A DNA stretch of 64,000 nt from Paragordius varius. Its lineage: Eukaryota > Animalia > Nematomorpha. The stretch lies in contig OZ176055.1 of NCBI GenBank assembly GCA_964247055.1, positions 3,348,001 through 3,412,000 of the forward strand, in the 5' to 3' direction. The notes under the pieces were generated by a model, which worked only from the letters and a program-made list of their open reading frames with translations, made no database searches and was not told the DNA's origin. How positions within the stretch are numbered: position 1 is the stretch's first letter; every line of letters begins with the position of its first letter. This document shows positions 25,701-38,200 of this stretch, in pieces. Position numbers and translations under genes: made by a program.

Positions 25701-28700
25701 AAATAATTTTTCTAATCTATTTTTCGCCCAAGGTATGAGACCGTAAAAATTCAATAAGGATTCTACATATTCCCTGTTAAAAGGCAAAAATTTTAGTCAG
25801 GCATTTCTTTGATGATAACTGCTGAGTAAGGAGCTACCCGCGAAAAACTGACCTGTCATATCGAAATAGCGTGCTTTTGGGGCTAAATTTCAGAAAACAG
25901 GCCATATGAGTTCAATAGCTGCTTAAATTATTATTCGTAAAAAGTCAAAAATTTAAGTCGAGCGGATTTTTAGAATTAGCCGTTAAATAGGCTGAAGCCA
26001 TTCCTCCATAAACTATTAGGAATAAACAAACGATGATTCCAGGTATAAAGGCAAAATTTTTTATCTAACTACATTTTTATATTGACCTCTGGGTAGTGGG
26101 CTACCCACCTACAACTGCGCCATTGATTTGATATAATACAATCAAATTTTAAAATTTGGTAAAAACTAAACTAAAACAATTACTTTGTTTCATGAGTTGT
26201 AAGATTTTGTTGATTAGTATCCCCACCAAATGATAAATCTGTCGAAAGGTTAGAATCTAATGTTGTGCTCTCCGGTGATAAACTATTTAGCATTGTATCT
26301 TCTAATTTTTGATGATTTTAAAAACGCAAAAAATTATATAACATTATTTTGGTTTAATTTAATCGATTAAAATTGGATATTAAAATAAATTATAAAACGT
26401 GAAGTTAAAACTAATGAAAAACGGATATTTAAACCATAAAAATTGAAAAAAAAGATTTGATAAAAGGTAGAATATATATACAATGCCATATATCGCTTTA
26501 AAAACTTTATACGCTTGATATTTTTTAATTTTATTTCTCACTCAAAAAAAATATTTTTTCCCAAAAACCGTAAATAATATTTTTTTAGTAAAGATATTTT
26601 GTAATACTTGATGATTTAGTGGAGGCCGGCGAAGATATATTAGCTGCGGTATTACCATACTTTTCTCTTTTCAAATTTATTTCCTAAAAACAAAAAAATA
26701 ATACCAAATTTAAATTATGCATTTGATTTTAAATTTCCGTTCGGGAATATTATTTACCATATTATATTTATCATATAAAAGTGTGAATAATTTATAGTGT
26801 TTGTCGTAATAATTTTTTTTTAATCTAAAGGTATAAAAAAATACGGAATACTTATGTCAGTTTATTAACATAGAGGCTTAGTTATTCATTATATTTCTGA
26901 AGGTTTCCTTAGTAAAGCTATACATGGAATTTAGGGTTAAACACATTAGAGTTATGTTTAAATTTTCTGTTTTACATTTGTTGAAAGTAAATTTGGTTTA
27001 ATTTTTTATTGACAATTGTATTTATCAAAGTTGGATATAATTATATAATAAGAATTTGATATGTGAAAGCCGCAAATTTATTTTATACCGATGAGTGGGA
27101 AAAAACACAATGTATCCTACGATTACTTATAATGTAATGAGCAGGGCTTGAAACTGGTTCAAAAAAATTGAAACCGGAACCGCAATAATTCTTAAGAATT
27201 TAAAAATAGAACCGGGGTGGATCTTGAACAAGTGGAACCGGAACCCCGTAGGTTCTTTAAAAATTTAACGGTTCCGGAACCGGTTCTTTACATTTAGAAC
27301 CGGTTCCATTTTCGGTTCCTGACTTTTGATTATATGATTTTTTAACAAAATTATCATAATAATAATAATCCAACCAAAATATTAACAATTATATAAATTG
27401 CCAAATGTATAGTGAAAGAAATATAGTGTAACATAATAAATGAAACAAATTATAAAAAAATAATAGGAAAATGTATAAGAGGTATATAATGCGCGATTAA
27501 AGTATGCCATCCAAAAATTCTTTATTTAACTTTAAAAATTATTGCACCAAGCAATACGCTGGTCCAACTGCTTCCCTGGTGTCTTTCTATATAAGGGTGA
27601 AAAAACTCCTTTCAACGGAGACCAGTATATACTTACATGTGTATCATTAAACTTGAATGAATATTAGTTTTTTTAGAACAGCCGAATCACACCCAAAATT
27701 GAGAGAGTATCGCTAATATAATATTAGGCGTTTAGTTTTAGGTTTGAAATTTGAAGTATTTATTATGTAGTGGTACAATCAAATTTAAAAAATTTTTTAT
27801 AATAAAAATCATATGGGAACCAGTAATTAAGGGGATGGAACCGGTACCGGATTGGTTCCATTTCAATGGAACCGGTTCTTGTTAAAATCCCAGGTTCCGG
27901 ATTCGAGTTCTGGTTCCAAGCCGTGGTATTAAGGTATGACATACAAAAGTTTCCATTTCAAAAACATTTTCTCCTTACAGTTTTTTTAATTTCAGCATCC
28001 AGTTCATTGATACGAAATTGGTATTTGGAAAGTGTGTCTATATTGCGATCTAAATTGGTTATAGCCTTTTCATTGCCTATTAGTGTTTGACGATAAAGGT
28101 CAATGTCACGTTGTATGTTTGATTTTTCTCCCTTGCATTGATCTAATTGGTGTCGCGTTTTACCAATTTTTGCCTCTAATTGTTCCTGAATGCAAATATA
28201 AAAAAGTTTTGTAAAATAATCATACATATATGAAAAATAAACTAACAGATTTAAAAATTAAAATGCATATATGGCAAAAATGATGGAGGAATAAAAACCT
28301 TTTCTAAATTGTATCGACTTTCCAATTCTTTTTTCTGTTTTTGTACCGTATCCATTAAATTGTTGAAAAACTTTTTTTGTTGTGGTTCAAAGGTTGTTAT
28401 ATTGTTTCGTTCTTTGTCTTTATCTATACAATAGATTTATTAGTCTTTAAGAGCACACCTATAAACGTTTACTCAAAAAAGGTATGTGGCAAAAATTAGG
28501 ATATTGCTTAAATACGTTTTATCTTATATTGTTTTAAACGAAATCTCAAGTTGCAAAATTTTTTAATGACATAAATCCACCTTAATTAAATTTTAACGAG
28601 ATGCTGAAAAAAAGTAACATCAAAAAAAACATCAAACTAAAATATAAATATATGCACCAAGGGAATTGTTTAAGAAAGTTTTGTAGTAATCAGAATCAAT

Positions 28701-31700
28701 TTGCGGATAAGAGCTTTTATCAATAATATCCTTCATGTATTCATTCAAGCTAACTAGTGCTGTATGATAAGCTTCCTGATCCTTTATGTATAGGGCCTGT
28801 TTCAATTTTCTTTCAGCAATTTCTTCATGGATTTTTCGTTGTTTCTCATTTAATTTTTCGCCATTTGCCTCAAGCTATTATTAATATTGTCAACAAGGTT
28901 AAAAAAATGATTTTATTAATTAAATAGATATTTGTTTAATAGGTAGATTTTGGGGTTAAACTGGGTTCACATACAAAGTTTATTCTTTATACTAAATAAA
29001 CTAAAATGTTGTAGAAAAATATTTGTTTTAATAATGTTTTATGCATGCAAATTTTAGTAATAAATGGCTGAATGTATTTCCCAAATTTAGTAAATAGGAG
29101 TTTTAATAACCTAAATACATAATATTTTGAATGACACCTTATTACACCATAAATCAATTGAATGAAAAAGATATCGTGATTTTAATCATTTTTTTCAAAC
29201 ATCAATTGATAAATAAAACAAACATCATATATGCAACAGATAAAGTCAAGCGACACAATTTTTAGATAAAAATCGGTAAAATATATACTAGATTTCAAAA
29301 ATTTCAAACCTTTTCAAAAAATACTATTTTTTTTAAATTATACAAACAGGCAATATAAAATTAAACTTGTTTCAATTTTTGTCCATAATTGTCGGTATCG
29401 GTTCCTCGTTCTTCAATCAATTCTTCTGCATTTTTTGTTAAATGTTTGGTTTGAGATTTCAAGCTTTTAAGCGTATTGCCATCAAAGTTTTTAGTTATAT
29501 CAGGATTAGCCATGCAAAATGTTTTAACGTTCGTAAGCAATTGTTTAATTGAATTAACATTATAATCTTTGCCATAATCTGTTGTTAATATTTAATGAAA
29601 ATTGAGGATTTTAGGTGTGAAATTTATACTATTTCGCATGATTGATTTTATAAATGTAACTTTGTTAATAGGATAATATTTCAAAATATAAAAATACGTT
29701 TCTTTTACAGGCTAAAAACTAATATAAGAAAAGCGAAATTTTATGTATTTTATAATTAATTTATAGCATTAAGGATATATGAAAATAAGCAAGGAACTTT
29801 TAAAAAGGTAAACAGGCAATTTTTCTTTAGCCCTCTTAGCATATATTTCTGTTACTTTGAACCATAATTTAAACAATTTTTATTACATATGTCGTCTTTG
29901 AAAGAAAATGTCATCCATATTTCCAAACATAAACAAAAAATTTGTTATTTGAAAATAATGATAGACTTGAATTTTAACCATGTTTAATTAATCTCTCAAT
30001 TTCTTACTGTAATTTTCCATAGTCCATTGTTTCAACGTATTTTGTATAAAAGTATCAAGTTTATCACAATCATTCGTCAGCGCTGAGATTTGTGATTTTA
30101 ATTCGGTTGATTTAGTTAACCGCTCATTAAGTTTGGTAAATGATGCCTAAAATATTTCAAAAAACATTATTTGTGCGCAATGAAACCGTTTTTTAAAGAA
30201 ATCTAGGGTTATATTCAATTATATGATAATAATAATAATAATAGTATCAAATGTTATTTAAAAACATTATTTGTAAGAAGTTTCAAGCATTTTTAAATGG
30301 TTGAATCTAAAATATTAAATTTTAAAAGTGGTCTATCGGGTATATATATTAGGACTAATTTCAAAAATGAAAAACTTTTTATAAAAGATTGTATTTGATG
30401 ATACAGTTTAATTTTAAACTCACGTTTTACCTTAACATTGTATAATATTTATGAAAAAAGGTTGATAGAAAATAGGGTGTTGCAATGTTTTATGGTTAAA
30501 AATATAAAATAACTGGTAAAATAAATATATGTATAATTTTTCAATAAATTATGTAATAAATAATAAAAAAAATTGTTGATCCCAAAACCAATGCTCAAAG
30601 ATACTACCTTTTTCTCATTTACTTGATAAAATATGTCATATTTTAGGTGTGTGATCCGATAATTCAAAATTCGATCAATATTAAATTTTTTCGTTTACCC
30701 AATAATCGAATCTTATATAATATAAGACAGAAATAATTTGTAATAATGTGGCAATAATAAATTTATTAGTGTTAAAGTATTGAATTGTTTTTGCAAAATT
30801 TATCATTCACACCATAAGAAATAGGAGGATTTTAATATCATTTTAACATCGATTCCATGTAAAATAAAATTAATTTTAGGTTAATGTATACCCGTAGATT
30901 ACTTTAACAACAAAACCCAATACATTTTCAGCTTATAAAAAACAAATATTCTTATGGGCCAATTCACCTTAAATAACATCAAATTTTTCTAAAATAACTA
31001 TTGATTTTAGCTTCATTCAAATTTTTGATTTTTTTTATAAAAAAAATTATACATTGATTGGTTCAAGCGAACTTTCAAGCGAAACGATTTTATCTTTTGC
31101 GGCAACGAATCGAGATTCAGATTTTTTCAAATTGTCCTCCAATTCTTCGGCTATTTCTTTATTCTCTTTAAGGTATTTAAGTTCGGCATGGTAAACTTTA
31201 ATTTCATTTTTCTGCATACAGGTAATGTATATATAGCACTTTTTCAACAGAAACTCAATACTTTTTACTCATTGTTTTATTAATAAGATATTTTTTAAAT
31301 TTAATAACAAATATCTTAATGTGATTTTGTAAGCAAAATATTTAATTTAAAATCGCTTCAAAAGCATAATTTTAACGACGCATTTTTGAACTGAACTTAA
31401 ACATTTATGAAATTTAGCGTATTTAAATCAAGATAAAATCGTTTAACATTTTTTATAAAGTTTTAGTTATCAAAAAAATGTTAAATAAGGGTATATTTTA
31501 ACAATTACTTGATTCTTTTTTATATCATTGATGGCGTTTAAAGCTTTAATATATTTCGTGGCAGCAAATATATTATCAAATTTTTGTTTCAAAATTTTTC
31601 CCTCATTCAATGGCCTAAAATAATATTAAAAATTTAACCATAAAGATTCCTCTTGATGGCAAAATATGACATTGTTTAGGATGCTTTTAGAAACACCTAA

Positions 31701-32187
31701 AGCACTACCCACTTCGGCGTCTAATTCGACGCATCTTGAACTGTTACTAACCTTTTCACCGTTTGGTTTCCATCGGGTAATTACCCCGTCTAATGTTTGA
31801 AACTCTAATTTTTTGGCTTTTTGAGTTGTTTTAATCGAACGTTGAACTACGACTGTTTGGTTTTGGAGATCTTTGATTTGCAATCGGACTTGACCCTTAA
31901 CCTCCATTTCATGGGCTAACTAAACAATCAAACATAAAATTTGTAACTTTTGGATCATGAACAAATGCAGATCCTTTGTTAGTTCCTGGAGGCATTTCAC
32001 CCGTCGTCAAATAATTAAGACATTCGATAATTGTCTATTAATTTTTACGAAAAAATACTGTTTTTCCTGTCCCATTTGGACCTAAAATCAGAGTTAAGGG
32101 TTTGAAAAATTTGATAATTTGTTTGTCAGAATCATTTGGTCCGAAACTTCGGATACCCAAAATACTCATCTGCTCAATCGATGACAT
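14040..32187 (-). CDS. RAD50: DNA repair protein RAD50 (MRN complex), multi-exon
   Basis: N-terminus [16 protein letters not shown], Walker A GPNGTGKT|[18 protein letters not shown], zinc hook CCPVC (22911-22925), signature CSAGQK (exon 15986-15892), Walker B/D-loop [11 protein letters not shown] (exon 15219-15086), H-loop [10 protein letters not shown]. Last exon 14079-14040 encodes [12 protein letters not shown]. Some coiled-coil exon boundaries were not fully resolved. Confidence 0.96.
16362..16402. repeat. (TA)n microsatellite
   Basis: Perfect AT dinucleotide run in a RAD50 intron. Confidence 0.95.
17598..17853. mobile_element. MITE family A copy (RAD50 intron)
   Basis: Degenerate left TIR (TACACAATTTACA), right end TGTAAATGGTA|TA, and the shared core AAACTAAGCCATATAA...ATAATGAGTTATATTAG. 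Confidence 0.75.
19669..19739. repeat. (TA)~35 microsatellite abutting a RAD50 3' splice site
   Basis: Perfect AT run; the minus strand reads (TA)n-TCCACAG|GATAAAATA. Confidence 0.95.
22532..22771. mobile_element. MITE family A copy (RAD50 intron)
   Basis: TATCATTTACAATTTAAATTCACCCTT ... GGGTGAATTTGAATTGTTCAAGGG ... TGTAAATAGTA|TA. Confidence 0.85.
23207..23532. mobile_element. MITE family A copy (RAD50 intron)
   Basis: TA|TACCATTTATAG ... TTGTAAATGGTA|TA with subterminal AATTCACCC units on both arms. Confidence 0.85.
24541..24813. mobile_element. MITE family A copy (RAD50 intron)
   Basis: TA|TACCATTTACACCTCAAATTCAC ... GGGTGTATTTGAATTATAAATGTA|TA, with the shared core. Confidence 0.8.
25330..26125 (+). 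repeat. Dispersed ~800-bp repeat, copy B (RAD50 intron); possibly Helitron-like
   Basis: Colinear with 12531-13330. Begins A|TCTATATATTTACAAAAATGG; hairpin GGGTAG-TGGG-CTACCC near the 3' end. Confidence 0.8.
27142..27925 (-). mobile_element. Internally deleted hAT element (784 bp) with transposase C-terminal remnant
   Basis: Termini CAGGGCTTGAAAC and GGTTCCAAGCCGTG; flanks GTAATGAG and GTATTAAG (6/8 match, 8-bp TSD). Many subterminal GAACCGG/CCGGTTC motifs. The minus strand near 27580-27630 reads LVSVERSF, resembling the hAT dimerisation-domain motif, followed by a frameshift/stop. Confidence 0.7.
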
Positions 32188-32255
32188 AAGAAAATTTGAA
32201 TTTTGTACGACCGAACTAAATAGCGGTAATTGCCTGTTTTAATCGCTTGTTCGAA
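32188..32255. promoter_or_regulatory. 68-bp bidirectional promoter/5'UTR region between RAD50 and EXOC8
   Basis: RAD50 ATG at 32187 (-) and EXOC8 ATG at 32256 (+). Both N-termini match the conserved protein starts. Confidence 0.8.
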
Positions 32256-34868
32256 ATGAATTTAGAAGCACGTCTTATTCGTGTTCTTGCGAATCCCGAT
32301 TGCGATGTCGAAGCTTTATCGAAACAAATTTATCAAACTGGGGATCAAGATGATATCATTGAAGCCAAAAGTAAAGTCAATGATTTTCACGACGATATTG
32401 CACAACAAATGAAGAAAAATGTATATAAAAATAATTCTATATTCATTGATACGGCCAGGGATATCTCCTATCTAGAGAGTGAAATGTTTATCTTAAATCA
32501 AAAAATAAATGAACAAAAAGCGTTAATAAACATGTTGCAATCCTTAGTATTGGCTGGAAATAAAAATCTAGCCAACGAAAATAACGAAGACGCTAATAAA
32601 TCTAGCGTATTCTTTTCTGACATTTCGCACGAAATCGAGAATGACGGCATTTTGAATCAGTATTGTGAGGAAATAATCGTTCATCAAGGAAATTTATATC
32701 AAATGGATGAAAATGATCTTGGAATATTTAATGTTGTACGTAAATGCCATTGCTTTTTACTTGAATCCACCTTTTTAATTTGTTCCATAAAAGAGGATGT
32801 GGATGACACATTCAAATCAAACGATATCTATCGTCAACGAAGATTGGAGCCAAAATTGAAAATAAAATCGTATAAATACAGATTGTTGTTTAATTTACTC
32901 TTACAATCTTTGGCCGTTATAAATGTTAAAGAACCTAAACATTCCCTATCATCCCCAAAATACTTGATTAAATTACTTGTATTCCCAGAAAACATAATTT
33001 TGAAGTGTAATTCGGAGGAAAATAAAAATATATGGTTAACAGCAATCGATGAAACTAAACGAGGAGTTCGAAAACCTATTGTTCCACAATCTAGACCGGT
33101 TAAGAAACAGCTCACGAATGAAAAATTGTTGGACAAAAACCTATCAAACAAAGCTGAAATCCAAAATGAACCATTAATTTTACCGGATTGGATAAATGAT
33201 TTTACGGATGAAATCGATTTGTTGGTTGCACAAAAGCAATATGATCGAGCTGTCATACACTTGGATGAGGTTAAGGGATGGATCAAAGATTTCCGTAGTT
33301 CCCAATCATTCAATAATAGTGTCAAAAATGATTCAGATAACTCGTCCAAGATGCTAGATGAATTAATTATTCGATGCAATGATACGCATCGCATGTTAGT
33401 ACAATCCATCTGCGATGAAATTATGAGCTTCGAAGGTTCCGCCGAATTCGAACAAGTTTATATGGCGGTACCGCAATCACTTTCAACAACAACTGATCCA
33501 TGGAAATCAACAGTGAAATTAAATGATACTATCACAAATTTATCAGATAGCAGTGATGAGGGGAAAAAGAGTACGGCACATCATGCAACATATCATGTAA
33601 ACTTTAGTTATGAAACAATCATGTACCAAAATATGCGCCCCATAAACATAACACTTTTACGAGCCCTCGCCTCGTTGGGTCAGCCTGAGTTAGCTCTTAA
33701 CCTATATTTGAATTACCATGTCTCAGCTTACTTGATTGGTAAGCAAATTGCTTCATTGACATACGGCAAATCTGGGGAGGGTGATACATTGGCTTACGTT
33801 AGGAGGTGTGGTACAATATTTTGGGGTTGCATTGCTCAAACAGCTTGGTTTTTGAGGTATGGTACGCATGAAAAGACAGGTTTTTTGCAAGGAATCCCAG
33901 ATGTTAATCAAATGGAAAATGAGGGAGAAAATATGTTAGCTCCTACATTTGATCAAACCAAAAAAGAAGCTTTAGCCTTTTTTCTTATATGGCTCATTAA
34001 GTATGAGATTAAACGATTCACCGGCCATATAGTCAAATTGATTAAGTGTGTGTTGCATAAATTTATTGAATTTTCACAACACATGGCTATTCTTAGGGAT
34101 CAGTGTAGAATGTTATCTAAACCACAATACAAATTGGATATCGATGTGCTTTATGCCTTAGATATGTGCTTTAATCCATGGATCAAAAAGTCTTTGGATG
34201 AACACGTGGAAATCATTTGTGAACTAAGTAGAGAAAAGGTGTATGAGGATAGGTTTGATATGCCCTTTTCTCAGTTGTCCGATAAAAACGCAGTTCAACA
34301 ATATATTTCGAATGTGCAAAATATGTTGAGCAAATCAACTCTTGCCAACAATACATTTGATTGGAATTTAAATTCCCTTATTGTAGCAGAAGAAAAAGCT
34401 AAGCTCGATACCGAAACTGCTTGCAATTTTCTCGTATATATAGCTCCTAGTACATTATCGTTTGCTCAACATTTTATTGAGTTGGTCATAAGTATGGGCC
34501 TCATTTATACCAATGATCGACATAAACTTTTCAAGGATGCCATTATACATACATTTCTTAATCACATACAGTATCTAACTATGATTCCACGAGCTACGCG
34601 TTATAAAAATTCTCCGACTGCCATGCTCTCGATAAAAATGAATATTCAATATCTATTGAATTATTTGGTTAAATGGTTAAACCTGCATTGGTCCACACAT
34701 ATTTCATCCCAAGCAAACGATGATTTTAAAACTTTGTCAAACATAACCTTAGATGACATATTGCAAATCAATCAAAGCGACATGAAAATTGAGAAGGCCG
34801 GACTTACTAATAAGCCAAAACAAGATGAAGATGTACAAGCAGCTAAAAGCAATATCAATTTTATTTAA
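32256..34868 (+). CDS. EXOC8: Exocyst complex component 8 (Exo84), single exon, 870 aa
   Basis: MKKNVYKNNSIFIDTARDISYLESEMFIL matches the Exo84 N-terminal coiled coil (KRNVYxNYxxFIETAREISYLESEM). It is followed by a PH-like region and PDWINDFTDEIDLLVAQKQYDRAV (cf. PEWIQELPEDLDVCIAQRDFEGAV). The first ATG is at 32256; the ORF track starts at an upstream TTG. Confidence 0.93.
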   Translation: MNLEARLIRVLANPDCDVEALSKQIYQTGDQDDIIEAKSKVNDFHDDIAQQMKKNVYKNNSIFIDTARDISYLESEMFILNQKINEQKALINMLQSLVLAGNKNLANENNEDANKSSVFFSDISHEIENDGILNQYCEEIIVHQGNLYQMDENDLGIFNVVRKCHCFLLESTFLICSIKEDVDDTFKSNDIYRQRRLEPKLKIKSYKYRLLFNLLLQSLAVINVKEPKHSLSSPKYLIKLLVFPENIILKCNSEENKNIWLTAIDETKRGVRKPIVPQSRPVKKQLTNEKLLDKNLSNKAEIQNEPLILPDWINDFTDEIDLLVAQKQYDRAVIHLDEVKGWIKDFRSSQSFNNSVKNDSDNSSKMLDELIIRCNDTHRMLVQSICDEIMSFEGSAEFEQVYMAVPQSLSTTTDPWKSTVKLNDTITNLSDSSDEGKKSTAHHATYHVNFSYETIMYQNMRPINITLLRALASLGQPELALNLYLNYHVSAYLIGKQIASLTYGKSGEGDTLAYVRRCGTIFWGCIAQTAWFLRYGTHEKTGFLQGIPDVNQMENEGENMLAPTFDQTKKEALAFFLIWLIKYEIKRFTGHIVKLIKCVLHKFIEFSQHMAILRDQCRMLSKPQYKLDIDVLYALDMCFNPWIKKSLDEHVEIICELSREKVYEDRFDMPFSQLSDKNAVQQYISNVQNMLSKSTLANNTFDWNLNSLIVAEEKAKLDTETACNFLVYIAPSTLSFAQHFIELVISMGLIYTNDRHKLFKDAIIHTFLNHIQYLTMIPRATRYKNSPTAMLSIKMNIQYLLNYLVKWLNLHWSTHISSQANDDFKTLSNITLDDILQINQSDMKIEKAGLTNKPKQDEDVQAAKSNINFI

Positions 34869-35233
34869 ATGTATAACCAATGTGTTTAACTAAATCTATA
34901 ATTTATTGTTAAATTATTATTTATATAATAAATTGTTTCTAAACTTTAATAATTCTAATTATCACTTATATATGACTCAGTTTTACCTTGAATTGACATT
35001 TTATAGCCATTTACATGTGATTAGTTTAGTTTTTGATTGATATTTGGGGGCTTACTAGCTTATTTTCATATGAAACACAACAAGGCAAATTGAGTAAACA
35101 AATATTTATTTTATTTGGGTTATATATTTGAATTTGTATGCACAAGGGTAGGGGGGATATTGGGCCTTAAAAACGCGTAGCCTTTGTAGACCCAATCATT
35201 TTATTTGTTTTTTTGTTGCGAATCTGTCATTGG

Positions 35234-38200
35234 ATGATTATACCTAAAAAATTAAAAGGTTGTAACCACCATTATGAATTTACATTTTGGATTAGATTCT
35301 TAACTGTTTTCATAATATTTGTATTCAATGTCCCCGCTTATTGCAAAGGTTTGTTTGATTAATCTTTAACAATTATTATTTTTAATTTGAATGTATAGTT
35401 TTTATTTTATTTTCAATACTTTCACGATTAATCGGAAATTTTTGTAAACCTATTCAAATGATCAAGTCTTTAATTTTCTTTTGTATATATAAAACCAATA
35501 TATATACTTTATATCTAATAACCTTATGCCAATTCTCTTATGAGGTGTTTTTCTTAATAATATTTTAATTTAAATTAAATTAATTTAATATTTTTCCTAA
35601 ATGTTGGTGAGAGAATATAAAATTATATAGTTTAATCAATTTATGTTCATATAAAAGATTTCATTCAATAATGAATGGTATTGAGCTTATTATTTTAAAA
35701 ATAAAGAATGATAACAGTTTTAATTGATGTAATATAATCATGCAAATTATCAAAACTAAAATATTATCCATTTTGTCTGTTAAAATTACTTTTTTACAGG
35801 ATGTATATTAGTGTTGGTCAATAGAAAATACAGTAGCGTATGATATGAAAGTATTATTATAATAAAATTTAATGTTGTAAGATGGGTAAAAATTGTAATT
35901 TCAACCGTTTGTTGTTTTATTACCCATACGCTACTATATTGCCAATTGGCCAAAAATAATGTAAATTGACCACCATTAATGTGCATACTCTAATAATAGA
36001 TAACAAAAAAGCAAATGTAGCAGAGTATACAATCGTGATACCAAGGTTTATTTCTTCCCCCAAAGCATATCGAAATCATCATTTCACTCATGAACGATGG
36101 AAAAGAACGTTAGAATCTGAAGACCATGAATTTATTAATTTTCCATTCGAATTTCAAGAGTCCATTCAACAACAAGATTATCCTTCAGAACCTCTATCTA
36201 ATGATTATGATGACACAGCTAATGAGATTGTAGAACGAATAGAAACCACTAAAAATAATACTATACCGACCCCAAAAGATCCAAGAAATAGCAAAAAAAG
36301 TGCCTTATTGTGCTTTAAAAAAGTCAAAAATTTGTTATCACCCCATTTTGAGACAGATTTTAGGCATGTTGATTTCCACAAAATTGCAGATGAAATACAT
36401 GAGGGCGTCATAATTATCAAGGATAAATTAACCCATTTGAGTCATCCCTATATGAATGATAAAACAAATAAAAAACATTCGCATACAAAATCATACCCAT
36501 TGACAGTTCAAACCGATGGCGATAAATTGGTAAATATTAAATGTTTGCTTGTATGTTATTGTAGATGTAAAATATACCAAATATATATGTCAAAGGTCTT
36601 TTGCCAAACAACTTGGCTATGTTTAAGGGTTGCCGCTAGGTCAAAGAGCTAGAATCAGAATTTGGGTTATTCCCAAAAGGGAACTGGAACAGGTTAGTTT
36701 ATACAAATCTAAGAAGGGAATCGGACGTTTTAAAATATTGGAACCCAATTCAGGGTAAATGATTTGGAACTAAAACCAGTTTGGTTTAATCAACCAAACC
36801 CGTTCCTTATAAATATTTGAAACGAGGAGTTGTTCCATGCGGTGTTTAAGGGATTGAAAAAATTAGCATTGTATATAAAAACTTTCAAGAGGTTTTTGCT
36901 CGCTAAACCTTATATTTGGCTAATTTTGTTGATTATGCGACAATCTTGTCCAGCCCATATAACATTTTCATTGCCATTTCAACAATAACTTTTTACAATC
37001 AAAATTTTATATATCTATACAAAACATAAAAAGTAAAAAAACTCATATTATTACAACCATATTTTTTTAAACCTTAAATTTGGGTCGCGTAATCGAAAGT
37101 TAACACACTCAATTTTATATTGCCCAATTGTAATTATATGGCTTTTATAAAAAAAAATGGATGATTAAAAAATATGGTTTCCCTATCGGAAAACGGCCAT
37201 GTGAATGAAATGTGAGCCATGCCTTTCAATAAATGACCCGATTCAAAACTTAAGCTTTAAAATTTAGAATTGGGTGGTCAAAAATTTTTTAGAACCTTAT
37301 AATTAAATATAGGAGGAAAACATGTTTTTCATATTGTATATTGAACCGCCTTCTTATTCAAATAGCGCTTGTAGGTTTTTTACTTTGGATGTTTTATCTT
37401 TATATGTAAAACAAAAAAAATTATAATTGAGATAAAAATTACGATCCCAACCCTTTTATACAATAATTTTGAGTGAAGGGTTAGTTGTTAGTGTATTTTC
37501 ATTTTTTACCAAAGATTTCCGACGCCCTTCTCCCACACTTCTTGTACTTTTTTAATGAATATCATATGGTTAATACCATAGAGCTCTTGTTTTTCCATTC
37601 TTTACCAAATATTTTTACCCATTTAACGAAAAAAAGTAAATTTTAGATAAAATAAAGTATACATGACTGTAATTGTTATTTTTATAAAATTTTATTGTTG
37701 TCGATTTTAGCATGCAATATTTCATACGGATGATTATGCGTATAGGCTTATGCCAGTCAGTGATATAAATGATGACCATCTCGTAGCCATCATTGATGAA
37801 AGTGGAAATAACAATGTTACCACCAGATTAATTAATACACAAAACTTGTATAACAAATATCAAATCAATCGACGCAAATATTTTGCACCACATTTACTTA
37901 AACGTGTTAAAATACATTCAAATGAAATTATGTCAGCTTTTAACGAGGATTTTGAACATTATCAACCGGGTAAAATCTATAATTTTCTATCATTGATTCC
38001 ATTAGTTTAAACTGAATGAATAAGGTTATAAAAATTCAGAGACAAATTTTTTTTGCTATAAAACACACATTTATAAATATAAAGGGTTTTCGCAAATTTT
38101 CTATAAAAATATTATCTTCTATGCTATACTCATTAAACAGCAATCATATAACTTATCCTTTTAAAATATTTATAATAATCCGAAATATCTACAAAAAAAT

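Noticed and set aside
35786-36020. ORF-track starts near 35.8-36.0 kb as the ADAMTS N-terminus
   Set aside because: The region overlaps a dispersed repeat shared with 56.6 kb; a better signal-peptide exon exists at 35234-35348.
37503-37521. TTTTACCAAAGATTTCCG, resembling part of U5 snRNA
   Set aside because: The invariant GCCTTTTAC loop, the stems and the Sm site are absent; a chance match in an ADAMTS intron.
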